A stretch of 64,000 nucleotides of DNA from a virus (IMGVR_UViG_3300017705_000602); one strand, 5' to 3'. Positions 38,553-48,370 are shown, counted from the first letter of the stretch. Made by a program: numbers and translations. The notes: generated by a model not told the origin, from the letters alone.

Positions 38553-39010
38553 TATATGTAACAAACCGAGTATATGTTAGGTCCATATTCCATGCCTTCG
38601 TCGAACCAATCGCCGTATAAAACGAAACCTGACTTTAAGTAAGCATGCTCCGATCCTTTTCTTGGTACAGTCCACACTAGGTGACACCCTTCCGCAGTAG
38701 CACACATCAGCAATTCATTTAGCAACATCTTGGCCAACCCTTGTCCACGATGGTCAGGATCAGTATATAATCCACGCGAGCGAAACTCTGTTGCACTGGT
38801 TTGGTGTCCGCTGTTAACTGCAACAATTTTGTCTTCGTGATACACTGCCCAAAAATACGGAGTGTAATTTTCGTATATGTCCATGTCGTACTCTTTAGAA
38901 AGCGTCATTGACGACATGGGCTTGATAGGCGATTGTCTACCAGGCCACAGTTTGTTTGACCATACAGGTAGTATATCTTCGAATGTTACTTGTTTTAAAT
39001 GGTATCGCAT
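38552..39010 (-). CDS. GNAT acetyltransferase
   Basis: LYTDPDHRGQGLA acetyl-CoA motif, YLKSGF. Confidence 0.9.
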   Translation of the reverse strand: MRYHLKQVTFEDILPVWSNKLWPGRQSPIKPMSSMTLSKEYDMDIYENYTPYFWAVYHEDKIVAVNSGHQTSATEFRSRGLYTDPDHRGQGLAKMLLNELLMCATAEGCHLVWTVPRKGSEHAYLKSGFVLYGDWFDEGMEYGPNIYSVCYI

Positions 39011-39630
39011 ATTATCATGAACCTTGTGTAGTTAGGCATTTCCAATGTTTGTGCTTCAACAATAACAGTGTTAATGCACTGAGAAATAAACTCGTCTATA
39101 TTGTTAACACAGTTTATGTGTTGTTCGCATTCAAAAAAGTCATTGCTTTGTAGCACCAGACGCTTGCCTGAAGGCACATATTTGATCCAAGCTGATAAAT
39201 CTGCTATGTGCTCGCAACTGGTGTTTATAACTGTATCGTGCTTGCTATAGTCATATGCGTACATGTCTTGTGTGTCTGCGTAAAACTCTTGCTTAAAATA
39301 GTGCTCTGCGTTAAACGCATTAGCAATAGAGGCACACGTACTGTCTATATCGATCGAGGTAAATTTGTTACGTTTTTCGTGGTTTTTATGCAATAGAATC
39401 GCAGATAGTAACCCGTACCAACCGCCGCATACTACCACATTGCTATTGTTTACATGCTTGTCAAACATGGTGCTTGCCCACAGCTTTGATGCAAGTTGAC
39501 CCTTAGAAACAAAATCACGTATATCGACATCATCGGATATACGTGATAAGTTGTTGAGTAGGTTGGCATTAACAGTAAAGCCTGATATATAATCACCGAC
39601 TTCCTGCCACGTGTTTAATTTTTGGTTCAT
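38995..39630 (-). CDS. class I SAM-dependent methyltransferase-like
   Basis: VVCGGWYG, SIDID, VINTSCEH; start at MNQKLNT. Confidence 0.75.
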   Translation of the reverse strand: MNQKLNTWQEVGDYISGFTVNANLLNNLSRISDDVDIRDFVSKGQLASKLWASTMFDKHVNNSNVVVCGGWYGLLSAILLHKNHEKRNKFTSIDIDSTCASIANAFNAEHYFKQEFYADTQDMYAYDYSKHDTVINTSCEHIADLSAWIKYVPSGKRLVLQSNDFFECEQHINCVNNIDEFISQCINTVIVEAQTLEMPNYTRFMIICDTI

Positions 39631-39631
39631 G

Positions 39632-40138
39632 TTATATCTCGTTGTAAAAGAAAAGTAACGACTGACGTTCACCCGATGTAACTGGAGTAACGCGGTGCAT
39701 TTCATCAAGCGTGTATATGATAACATCGCCTTTGTGTCCGCGTATGTCGCTGTCTGTGAATTTGAACTCGCCGCCTGTATACGATTCTCTTTCGGAGAGA
39801 AACAGTATAGCAGACATAACCCTACCACCGTTCTTGCTGTCGTAATGCCACACCATATCCTTACCGGGACCGTATATCAATCGCCTAGCTGAATATTTAC
39901 AAGCAACATTAATTTTGAACAGCTTGCTAATAGTCGACACAATGGTATTGTTCAACTGAGCTAGCTTATCGGACGTATAGTATGTTCGTTGTTCTATATT
40001 TTTAGTGGCAGACCACGGATCATGCAAAACATGATACGCGATCTTATTTTCGGGGAACTTGGATTGACTAACAACTTCGTTGCTGAAAAGTGCATTGACC
40101 TCGGTATCGCTAAGTAGGTTACGGAGTTCAAAGTACAT
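39632..40138 (-). CDS. 2OG-Fe(II) oxygenase
   Basis: WHYD...YTGGE...HRVTPVTSGER. Confidence 0.92.
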   Translation of the reverse strand: MYFELRNLLSDTEVNALFSNEVVSQSKFPENKIAYHVLHDPWSATKNIEQRTYYTSDKLAQLNNTIVSTISKLFKINVACKYSARRLIYGPGKDMVWHYDSKNGGRVMSAILFLSERESYTGGEFKFTDSDIRGHKGDVIIYTLDEMHRVTPVTSGERQSLLFFYNEI

Positions 40139-40142
40139 GCAT

Positions 40143-41273
40143 CTATTCCTCTTGAAATTGATTAAAGTATCTGTTGTATAATGCTAAACTGCGATTGTAC
40201 CTAAAGTCATCAGTGTATGTTGAATCGAACAGATCTCTTAGCCACTCGTAATTGTTGATGCAATTAAGTGCTTCGACTTGGTGCTTATTCTTCTCACCGT
40301 AAGCTTTGCCTGCTTTAGCACCTTCTGTTGCATACGTACCGAATGACTTGTGCATGCCTGTATTGCACCAAGTGTCTAAACGCTGTTCTGTTTCTTGTTG
40401 TTTGTTGTTTTCTATTACCGAGGATGCTAGCTTTGCACATTCACGAAATGCACTGCGCCACGATTCAAACGCACTGGTATTAAATCTAGACACGTTGCTA
40501 ACATAATCGATTAACTTAACACCTTCGGAAACCGACGTTGTAAAATCAACTTTCCAGAACTCAGCGGCTCTTAGCATCTTGGTTGGAAACAGCTTGATGC
40601 CACCGTAGCCGTATTCGAGTCCGTTTATAGGATTAACTGATCTCCATATATGTGCAAAGCCTCGATCACTTTCGGGTGGCACAAAAGAAAAATCAAAGTC
40701 ATCTTTAATTTCTGCATCAGCATCGACAATATACACCATTGAAGTATCAACTAGCTGAGATGCAAGCTTGTGTGCATTAAATATGCCATTGACTCCATTC
40801 ACGCGCTTTGCATCAGGTACCTTGTCTTTTAGCTTTTCGAAGTTGCCGTCAGCAAAAGTTTCGTAATTGCTCAGGAAAACCACATCAAAGTGTGCGTCTG
40901 AGTGTTTTCCGAAATCGTGGCTTTTAAAGTTTACTTTGCCAGTGTACACTGCATCGTCGGTAAAACTGTCAATGTCTTCGGCAACTTTTTCACGATTGTA
41001 CAGTCTGATATTGGTGTTGTTGTTCCAGATGTGTACATATTGTTCTTCGCCTTCTGCAGGTTCGTATTCGAACTTAAAGAAGTCAAGTCTTATGTTTGGA
41101 TCAACAATTACAAAAAAGTATTTAGTAAGTGTCCGTGACAACATGTCTTTAAGCTTCTCCCTGTCAATTTTACGATCTTGCGTCTTGACAGGGAGAGTCT
41201 TAATTCTTGGAAACTGCTTGGTAAAATACTCGGTTAGGTCGTGTTTCTGTGTGAGTAAAAAAATATCGTGCAT
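40143..41273 (-). CDS. GT-A fold glycosyltransferase-like
   Basis: GIFNAH..A, YIVDADA DxD motif, YGYGGIKLFP. Confidence 0.75.
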   Translation of the reverse strand: MHDIFLLTQKHDLTEYFTKQFPRIKTLPVKTQDRKIDREKLKDMLSRTLTKYFFVIVDPNIRLDFFKFEYEPAEGEEQYVHIWNNNTNIRLYNREKVAEDIDSFTDDAVYTGKVNFKSHDFGKHSDAHFDVVFLSNYETFADGNFEKLKDKVPDAKRVNGVNGIFNAHKLASQLVDTSMVYIVDADAEIKDDFDFSFVPPESDRGFAHIWRSVNPINGLEYGYGGIKLFPTKMLRAAEFWKVDFTTSVSEGVKLIDYVSNVSRFNTSAFESWRSAFRECAKLASSVIENNKQQETEQRLDTWCNTGMHKSFGTYATEGAKAGKAYGEKNKHQVEALNCINNYEWLRDLFDSTYTDDFRYNRSLALYNRYFNQFQEE

Positions 41274-41281
41274 GTATTCTC

Positions 41282-42559
41282 TTATTTAAGTTGTATCTGA
41301 CCTTGCTGGAATGTTAAGAAGTTAGTAGTCGACAATGACTCGCCGTCTTCGTTGACTTCGGTAAAAAATTCTTTACCGTCTGGTAACTTGCCTTCATTGT
41401 TAAGCACGTCGATATAAAAGCTTTTATTGAATTTATTATCTTTTTGCTTTGCAGACAATATAAACTGATATCTACCCGGCTCAGCATTTTTGTCCGAGTC
41501 AATAACAAGTCGTTTGTTGTCGATTTTTACAAACTGAGGCACGTGAGCATAACCTTCGGACGTTATGTCTTCGACATCTTCTGCTACTGCCAAGTCAATT
41601 TCGTGTGTGCCTGTATCTGCTTGAACTTCTGCAAGCTGACCACGACTCATCCACACTTCGCGATAGTGCTCGTTTTCTTGATATGCAAGTCGATTAGCAT
41701 CTTCGGCATATTTGTCTTCGTCGACAATGTATACAATATCTGGTATTGCAGTTTGATACAGTTTAGCAACAACTTCACTTGCACTAAGTGAATTGTTGGC
41801 ACTTAGGATATTCAAACACAGCCCTGTTACAATTGCCGCACTAGCCGAAGTAGATGTACCTGGCATAACCTTGGCGTATCCGTTAACATCAGCCGAAGTA
41901 ATGTCGACACCTGGTGCAAAAATATTAACGGCAGTACCATGATTAGAAGCAACATGAGGTTTTTCGTTCCACGGATGATCAACGTCAAGCGCACGATCGT
42001 AGTAATCAACTGCACCAACTGTAACTACACGCTCAATGCCTGCTGGCGAATATAAAGATGCATCCAGGCCTTTTTGCCCTGCTGAACAAACCACAACCAA
42101 GTTGCTGTCGATCAGTTCGTTCACTTTGCGATCAATGTTTTCGTTACGCTCAACTATCCAAGGTAAGCAAACAACTTTGGTTTGATCTTTTGTGTGCATA
42201 TGATCTTTTAACACAGCATCAAGGGCATCCAGAACACGTAGTTCGTCTGCGTCATTGTCATCTGTAATGATATCCACAATGCGAATGGTTGCACCAGGTG
42301 CAACACCAAGTTCTTTTGAATTGATAATTGATGCTATTTGTGTTCCATGGCCATGTACGTCTTCAAACGTACCGTCGTGACTGTACAATTTTTCAATGTG
42401 CGAGTCAGACAGCATTTCGTGGTCTGCTTTTATGCCGCTATCGATCTGGTAACAAACTGTGTTTGCTCCAGTATGTAACGGGTCATACTTGTTTCTCAGT
42501 GGCAAATTCTTTGTCACTGTTCTGTACTGGTGCCAGTTCTTGTTAACGGCTCTTGTCAT
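41282..42559 (-). CDS. S8 subtilisin-like peptidase
   Basis: IDSGI, HGHGT, VTVGA, IFAPG, GTS triad. Confidence 0.88.
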   Translation of the reverse strand: MTRAVNKNWHQYRTVTKNLPLRNKYDPLHTGANTVCYQIDSGIKADHEMLSDSHIEKLYSHDGTFEDVHGHGTQIASIINSKELGVAPGATIRIVDIITDDNDADELRVLDALDAVLKDHMHTKDQTKVVCLPWIVERNENIDRKVNELIDSNLVVVCSAGQKGLDASLYSPAGIERVVTVGAVDYYDRALDVDHPWNEKPHVASNHGTAVNIFAPGVDITSADVNGYAKVMPGTSTSASAAIVTGLCLNILSANNSLSASEVVAKLYQTAIPDIVYIVDEDKYAEDANRLAYQENEHYREVWMSRGQLAEVQADTGTHEIDLAVAEDVEDITSEGYAHVPQFVKIDNKRLVIDSDKNAEPGRYQFILSAKQKDNKFNKSFYIDVLNNEGKLPDGKEFFTEVNEDGESLSTTNFLTFQQGQIQLK

Positions 42560-43478
42560 AGTTTTCTCCAAACTCAGCAAAGAGAGTCTTGATCTCTTCG
42601 GTAAGCGTTAAAATTATATTACTCATTGGTGGTATGTTTACAATACGCACTAACGGTTCCCTGTATAGCTCATTGAACTTTCTGCAGGTACCTATTTCTT
42701 TGTATTTATCTGAATAGTAAGCTCTGATTGCTTCGAATCCGGTCAGCTTGTTTTGCTTTGGCAACGATTGAAACCCTGCACGCCTATACAATTCGCACTT
42801 CCACGGATAGTTGTGTTGTTGCATGTTTACTGCACGTTCAACCCATGTTTCGCGTATGTTACCGGTGCGCGACATTTCAATTTGCAAACGCAGATATTTC
42901 ATGAGCAACGAGTAAGAAGCATTTGCCATGTTTCCTATGCCACCAAATTCTTGAGCGGCACGGTTATAACAAAAATGTCCAACATGCGTTGCATAAAAAA
43001 CAAAGCTGTTCACTGTTTTATCGCGACAAAAGAACATTGAGTCGCCGCCAAACACTACATTCGAGCCTACCCTTTCGGCAGCATGCATGTGACATGCCAG
43101 TTGCGGACTTTGTGTTTTATACTTGAGTGCATACTCAACATGATCGTCATTACCAAAGAATCTTTCAAAATCAAGTTCGTGTACTACAGTGTTAGGATCG
43201 TACTGCATTGCATTGTCGTAGTCTTCGCGATTGTAAATCTTACCTTGATTGACCAATGCAAGAAAATGTAAATTGTGAGCAATGTTATATCGCTTGCATG
43301 TTTCGGCAACAATCTCCGAATCGATGCCGCCACTGTACATGATGTTGATTTCGCCATCGATTGCTGACAACAAACGAGCATACTCATGCGGTATAGACTC
43401 GTCGCTTACGCCAGTGTCGTTAATGATTAAACGGTTATCAGCAAGTTGTACAAATTGGTCTACGCCAAATTTTTCCAT
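42543..43478 (-). CDS. PP-loop ATP pyrophosphatase (asparagine synthase C-domain-like)
   Basis: MYSGGIDSE PP-loop, KLTGFE; no N-terminal Cys glutaminase domain. Confidence 0.75.
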   Translation of the reverse strand: MEKFGVDQFVQLADNRLIINDTGVSDESIPHEYARLLSAIDGEINIMYSGGIDSEIVAETCKRYNIAHNLHFLALVNQGKIYNREDYDNAMQYDPNTVVHELDFERFFGNDDHVEYALKYKTQSPQLACHMHAAERVGSNVVFGGDSMFFCRDKTVNSFVFYATHVGHFCYNRAAQEFGGIGNMANASYSLLMKYLRLQIEMSRTGNIRETWVERAVNMQQHNYPWKCELYRRAGFQSLPKQNKLTGFEAIRAYYSDKYKEIGTCRKFNELYREPLVRIVNIPPMSNIILTLTEEIKTLFAEFGENYDKSR

Positions 43479-44939
43479 CTAAGAAAGTACCTTCACTCCG
43501 TACATATCCTCGAACGCGATTGCATCTCGTCTGGTGTTCACAATCGGTTGACCTTTGATATTTAAACTGGTATTTAATAACATTGGACAGCCTGTCTTTT
43601 CGTGCATCAGCTTTAGTGTTTCGTACAGCTCAGGATGATTATTCTGATTTACAGTTTGTACACGACTGGTGTTATCTGCATGCACAATTGCAGGAAAGTC
43701 CTGAGGATGCTTACACCGAAACGTGTATTGCATGTACGGGCTTGACTTCATGCCTTGCATGTCGAAGTATTCGTCGGCTAGCTCTTCTAATATAACAGGA
43801 GCAAACGGTCTGAACTCTTGACGTTTCTTGATTGCATTAACCCGATCTTTTATGTCGTTGCCACGTGGATCTGCAAACAACGAACGATTACCAAATGCAC
43901 GTGGTCCAAATTCGGCCTTGCCAGACGCTACTCCGACGATTTTGTCTTTTTGTATTCGTTCCACGATTTCTTCTGTTGGGTACGGTCCTTGTATTTCTGT
44001 CCCACTGTATGGACCACGCCAGTTGATTCGCCGGTTATCAAGAGCGAGACAAGCCCCCAAACTATTCCCAGCGTCACCAGGATTAGGCATAATCCAAGTA
44101 CTCCTGTAATAATCACTGAGCATAGAATTAGCAGTACAGTTGAGAGCAACGCCACCCATGTACACAAGATTATCCGACGGATACACTCTTTTACTATGTT
44201 GAAAAACTTCATGCAATTTCCTTTCTAATACGACTTGTGCCGAAGCTGCCAAGTCGTAGATGTCTGCACCGGGTATATAGTCTAAGCAACCGTGGTGCAA
44301 GTTTATTTTTGATTTTGCTAACTTGCGCGGGTAAAAGAAATCTTCTTCCATTTGGTCAGCATATATAGGCTTGCCATACGCGGCCATGCCCATAAGTATA
44401 TATTCATCTTCGTTAGGTTTCAGCCCAACACGCTGGGTTATTGCAGTATAAAATAATCCTAGGCTGTTTGGGTACTTTTGCGAGTAGAGTTTTTTCAATC
44501 TGCCTTGATTGAATTTCCATATAGTCAAGCAATCCCATTCACCGATTGCATCAATTACAATAACGCAGGCATCGTCGTAACCTGACGTATAAGCACCAGC
44601 TGCCGCATGCGACTCGTGATGAGTAACATACGCAATCGGTACGTCTTTAAAACCAGTCATTGCACGAATGCGTTCTTCAACTGTGATACGGTCAAATGCT
44701 TTGTCCCATTGTCCACTGTACACTTGTCGTGTTCGTTTAAGAAAAGGGTTTTCGTAGTATGCAATTACTTCTGGTTGACCGTGAGCAAGTGCTTCGTCCA
44801 GTATAGCCGGGTTAAGATTTTTGTCGTTTTTAATGCGCGAATATCTTTCAGCATGCGCGCCAAACACAAACTCGTTGCCTTGCACAACCGACACAGCGGC
44901 ATCGTGTGAAAATGCCGATATACCAAGAATATTAGTCAT
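43479..44939 (-). CDS. O-carbamoyltransferase (NodU/CmcH/TobZ family)
   Basis: HDAA, HHESHAA, DAIGE, GGVALNC, EFGPRAFGNRS, FRPFAP, LNTSLN. Confidence 0.95.
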   Translation of the reverse strand: MTNILGISAFSHDAAVSVVQGNEFVFGAHAERYSRIKNDKNLNPAILDEALAHGQPEVIAYYENPFLKRTRQVYSGQWDKAFDRITVEERIRAMTGFKDVPIAYVTHHESHAAAGAYTSGYDDACVIVIDAIGEWDCLTIWKFNQGRLKKLYSQKYPNSLGLFYTAITQRVGLKPNEDEYILMGMAAYGKPIYADQMEEDFFYPRKLAKSKINLHHGCLDYIPGADIYDLAASAQVVLERKLHEVFQHSKRVYPSDNLVYMGGVALNCTANSMLSDYYRSTWIMPNPGDAGNSLGACLALDNRRINWRGPYSGTEIQGPYPTEEIVERIQKDKIVGVASGKAEFGPRAFGNRSLFADPRGNDIKDRVNAIKKRQEFRPFAPVILEELADEYFDMQGMKSSPYMQYTFRCKHPQDFPAIVHADNTSRVQTVNQNNHPELYETLKLMHEKTGCPMLLNTSLNIKGQPIVNTRRDAIAFEDMYGVKVLS

Positions 44940-45036
44940 ACGTGTATGGGTCTCGCTTTTTTGCTTCTTTGGCTTTCTTTTTGTAGTGCCTTTTCATTTT
45001 CCAGTTATGCAATTTTTCTTTGAACCAGTTTATCAT
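44932..45036 (-). CDS. 34-aa basic peptide (not in ORF track)
   Basis: MINWFKEKLHNWKMKRHYKKKAKEAKKRDPYTYD*, AAGGG SD, overlaps carbamoyltransferase start. Confidence 0.7.
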   Translation of the reverse strand: MINWFKEKLHNWKMKRHYKKKAKEAKKRDPYTYD

Positions 45037-45095
45037 TGTGTACCCTTACGGTTTAGTTAAATACAGTGTTATTTATATTTCACTAGGAAACTTAC

Positions 45096-46235
45096 ATGCT
45101 AAAAAAGAACCAAACCATACATCCCCCAATTGAAAAGATTGCCTTTGCTTTATCGCACGATTTTTGCGATAACGGCAATACGTTAGCAGTAAGAGCACTC
45201 GGTAAGTTCGACAACAAAGAATACTTGTTTGTGTACAAGAAACATAACGGCCAATTTGAACTTGCGGACACCTTCTCGCCGGACTGGTGGCATAACAACT
45301 GGCAATGCAGTATACGCGGAATCAACAACAGCATATATTTTGTTGCAGTTGATACAGACAACAGAACAGGTCATGTGATGTGTTATCGCAACAGCGAATT
45401 TGTCACAGTGTTCACAGTTAACGACTGCGAAAAGACGCTGGGCATGAACGACAAAGGCATCGCAGTTAATCACAACGAAACTGTAATTGCAGTTTCGAAC
45501 ATTGCAGTGAGCCAGCACAAAGACAAAACATTAAGGTACGATAGTAAAATTATACTGTATCGGACCGAAACCGATTGCACATCTTGTGTGACTACCGAAC
45601 ACAGCATTGGCAACAATCGATTGTGGAGTTTTCGCAGTTTAGCATTTGCAAACAATCATTTGATAGCAGGGTCACCTGATCTAACATTTACAGCAAATAC
45701 ATCGGACACCATGTCAAGAGAATATGTTGGCAACCAGTCTCGAGTCGATGTGTTTGATCTTGATGGTAATTTATTACAACAACTATCTGCTAAAGACGCA
45801 TCACGTGGGAATTTCTTCGGAACCGAGATTGAAACTTCATTAGACGGCAACACGCTGATTGTTATGGCGCCTGCACAGGACGACAAAAAAGGCTGTGCAT
45901 ACAAGTTTGAAAACTTAGACAATCACTGGCTACAAACAGGCAAGTACTGCCCAAGAGACATTGCAGTTCACACTGATATCAAGTATTCGTTGTACGGTTG
46001 CTGTGTAAACAACAACGGCAGTAGATTTATTCTGTCTGATGGATTATACGGAGCAATATATGTGTATAATAACGACCAGATAATTCATACTCACAAAGAA
46101 ATAAATAATTACAGCTGGTTCGGATTTGACATTAAAACAGACGAGCAATTTTCTCAGATTGCGGTAGTTGAAAAAGACGTTGAAAACAACCAGGAATCGC
46201 GTGGTGTACTACACCTTTATTCTCTCAACCGATAA
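45096..46235 (+). CDS. probable beta-propeller (FG-GAP-like repeats) protein
   Basis: FFGTEIETSLDGNTLIVMAP, LIAGSP, WFGFDI repeats. Confidence 0.6.
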   Translation: MLKKNQTIHPPIEKIAFALSHDFCDNGNTLAVRALGKFDNKEYLFVYKKHNGQFELADTFSPDWWHNNWQCSIRGINNSIYFVAVDTDNRTGHVMCYRNSEFVTVFTVNDCEKTLGMNDKGIAVNHNETVIAVSNIAVSQHKDKTLRYDSKIILYRTETDCTSCVTTEHSIGNNRLWSFRSLAFANNHLIAGSPDLTFTANTSDTMSREYVGNQSRVDVFDLDGNLLQQLSAKDASRGNFFGTEIETSLDGNTLIVMAPAQDDKKGCAYKFENLDNHWLQTGKYCPRDIAVHTDIKYSLYGCCVNNNGSRFILSDGLYGAIYVYNNDQIIHTHKEINNYSWFGFDIKTDEQFSQIAVVEKDVENNQESRGVLHLYSLNR

Positions 46236-46264
46236 ATAGTAAAAACAAAACAAACAGGATTATT

Positions 46265-46642
46265 ATGAATAAATCAGTAAATCCAAACGGTATTTTATTA
46301 TCTTTTGTGTGGTTCTTTTGCGGACTAATTACTAGCTTTTTTGCAATCAATACGTGGGTGGTGCAGCCACACACTGTCAAAGCAAACTACATGTTAGATA
46401 CAGTAGTAAAAGATGCACAACGGCTCGAAAACTACGGCGCATTAACAATGGTCTCGCAGTGTCAAGAACTTGGTTATGCATTTGTTGCATACAGCGAGAA
46501 CAACGGATATTTAATTGAGTGTAACAATCAGTCGATTGCTCATTTAACCGGGGATGAGTTTGACAGCAAGCAAGGTCAGTACAAAAAGTTTGCATCCAAA
46601 CTGTCGGACCGACCTTTAGTGTCAGTTGATCAAGAACAGTAG
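46265..46642 (+). CDS. membrane-anchored hypothetical protein
   Basis: N-terminal TM; AGGA SD. Confidence 0.7.
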   Translation: MNKSVNPNGILLSFVWFFCGLITSFFAINTWVVQPHTVKANYMLDTVVKDAQRLENYGALTMVSQCQELGYAFVAYSENNGYLIECNNQSIAHLTGDEFDSKQGQYKKFASKLSDRPLVSVDQEQ

Positions 46643-47029
46643 CTATTCAATTCCGTGCCATTGATCTCCGGGGTTATAGCCGGAGATCGCTATCCACTTA
46701 TATCCTTCGCTTGTTAGCGAGTCTTTAGTTTCAAGCCCTCGGTAACGATTGTCAAGTATGTACCCTTCGACTTCAAGTACTAAATGCCCTTCGCCTGTTT
46801 CGGTGTAGCACACTACCAATCTCGAATTATCTAAACCTGCTTCACGGCACAAACTGCGACACATCATTGCAAAATCATCACAGTCACCTTTAAAGATCAT
46901 GCCTTCGGAAAACTCTGGTGGCACTGACCATTTTTCACTTTGGCCGTATTGTTTTTTATCTGTGGTGTATCGGAAAGATTCAAACACTTTGCCGTGTATG
47001 TCCGATAACTGTTCTTTAAGATTGCTCAT
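46643..47029 (-). CDS. transglutaminase-like cysteine protease (BTLCP/LapG family)
   Basis: GDCDDFA, GHLVL, ILDN Cys-His-Asp triad. Confidence 0.88.
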   Translation of the reverse strand: MSNLKEQLSDIHGKVFESFRYTTDKKQYGQSEKWSVPPEFSEGMIFKGDCDDFAMMCRSLCREAGLDNSRLVVCYTETGEGHLVLEVEGYILDNRYRGLETKDSLTSEGYKWIAISGYNPGDQWHGIE

Positions 47030-47423
47030 TGTGATACTCCTCGTCTAATCTTATATATTCTTCTTTGTCTAGCTTTTGGTAGCCCGATTCAAACAAGTGT
47101 TCTGCTAAGTCTGTAACTATACCGTCGTTGTTTTCGAACCTCACAACTGCAACATAGCGATACTTGCCTCGCTTTACACTATCTATTAAAACCACTTTGC
47201 CTTCGATAAGTTCTTTTACATGCGCAGTTGCTGATTCACCGTGCCGGCGCTCAGACTCGTACTTTGGTCGCCATGTCTCGGGTGCATCGAAGTCTCGGGT
47301 AGCACCGGTCAATCTAAATCGTGTGTTTAACGATATGCCGAAACCCAAGTCGACCAGTATGTCGAATGTGTCTGCATCAACTACTCGCTCTACTAGGCCT
47401 TGATATATCCATTCTTTGAGCAT
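47016..47423 (-). CDS. staphylococcal nuclease-like (SNase) protein
   Basis: RVVDADT..DLGF, RL.G..DAPE, GKYRY. Confidence 0.85.
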   Translation of the reverse strand: MLKEWIYQGLVERVVDADTFDILVDLGFGISLNTRFRLTGATRDFDAPETWRPKYESERRHGESATAHVKELIEGKVVLIDSVKRGKYRYVAVVRFENNDGIVTDLAEHLFESGYQKLDKEEYIRLDEEYHNEQS

Positions 47424-47623
47424 TAGCAGTCCGCAGTAAGTTGATCGTCAGGATTCTTTTTGTTATGTTCTTGTATTTCGCGTTTGAGTTCTTCGCAACC
47501 TAAAATTTCATAACGTTGCTCAGTTGGAGTAAATTGCGATGGTTTGCTGTCTATTTCGTTTTCTGAATTAGAGCATGCAGATACTAGGAGGGTAGCAAAC
47601 AAAGCAAAAAGTAACTTTTTCAT
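47423..47623 (-). CDS. small lipoprotein
   Basis: MKK-hydrophobic-VSAC lipobox. Confidence 0.8.
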   Translation of the reverse strand: MKKLLFALFATLLVSACSNSENEIDSKPSQFTPTEQRYEILGCEELKREIQEHNKKNPDDQLTADC

Positions 47624-47657
47624 GGTATTCCTTTTTGCTTTATTTATGCGTATATTT

Positions 47658-47939
47658 TTATTTTCTAACTTTTCTTACCAAGCGTTCTACTTGGCCCCAC
47701 AGTGTCGGATCAATAATGTCCTTGTCGATGTCAATGCCGTATAATGGATTTCCGCCTACGTTGATAGTGTCCGGGAATACCAAAGAGATACACTCATCTT
47801 TGAGATTGCCTTGTACCTCGATTGTACCGTGCTCTATAAGCGAAGAAAACATAGTCCACTGCTCGAATATCTGATCGCGCACATGATCTTCTTCTTCGTA
47901 GTCTTCAGCAATAAACAGCTTGAACATTTCTACTGACAT
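47658..47939 (-). CDS. hypothetical protein
   Basis: AAGG SD; TTGACT promoter upstream. Confidence 0.65.
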   Translation of the reverse strand: MSVEMFKLFIAEDYEEEDHVRDQIFEQWTMFSSLIEHGTIEVQGNLKDECISLVFPDTINVGGNPLYGIDIDKDIIDPTLWGQVERLVRKVRK

Positions 47940-47995
47940 GGTAATTACCTTGTATTAATTGTGTGTTGTAAAGATAGCATTGTCGTCGCGCAAAG

Positions 47996-48370
47996 TCAAA
48001 CGGTTTTTTCTTTTAATGCTTTAACCACCATGCGTGTCTCAGGACTGGAGTAAGGCAAAGAAAAACCAATAATCTCGATTGGTCCTTCTTCGTGCTTTTT
48101 TAAATTCATAGACAATACAAAATTGTTCTCGAAATCAACACCACCGGGACTCATGGTAATCATAAAAGGCAATTGATGCATGACATACATCTTGTCGTGT
48201 ACACGTTTAGTGGTTGATGTTAAGTAGTGTTTAAGTGTACTGAAGTTTAACACAAACAGCCATGCATGAAACTGTTCTGCGCTGTTGAATTCAACGGTGT
48301 CCTCTGATAGAATTAACCACGATAGTTCATCGCCAGTCATGCGGTGTACACCAAGGTTGCGCTTTTGCAT
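47996..48370 (-). CDS. hypothetical protein
   Basis: AAGGAG SD; TTGACT promoter upstream. Confidence 0.7.
   Translation of the reverse strand: MQKRNLGVHRMTGDELSWLILSEDTVEFNSAEQFHAWLFVLNFSTLKHYLTSTTKRVHDKMYVMHQLPFMITMSPGGVDFENNFVLSMNLKKHEEGPIEIIGFSLPYSSPETRMVVKALKEKTV

Noticed and set aside
39631-39828. Extended methyltransferase start
   Set aside because: Overlaps the 2OG oxygenase; ATG at 39630 is coupled to its stop.
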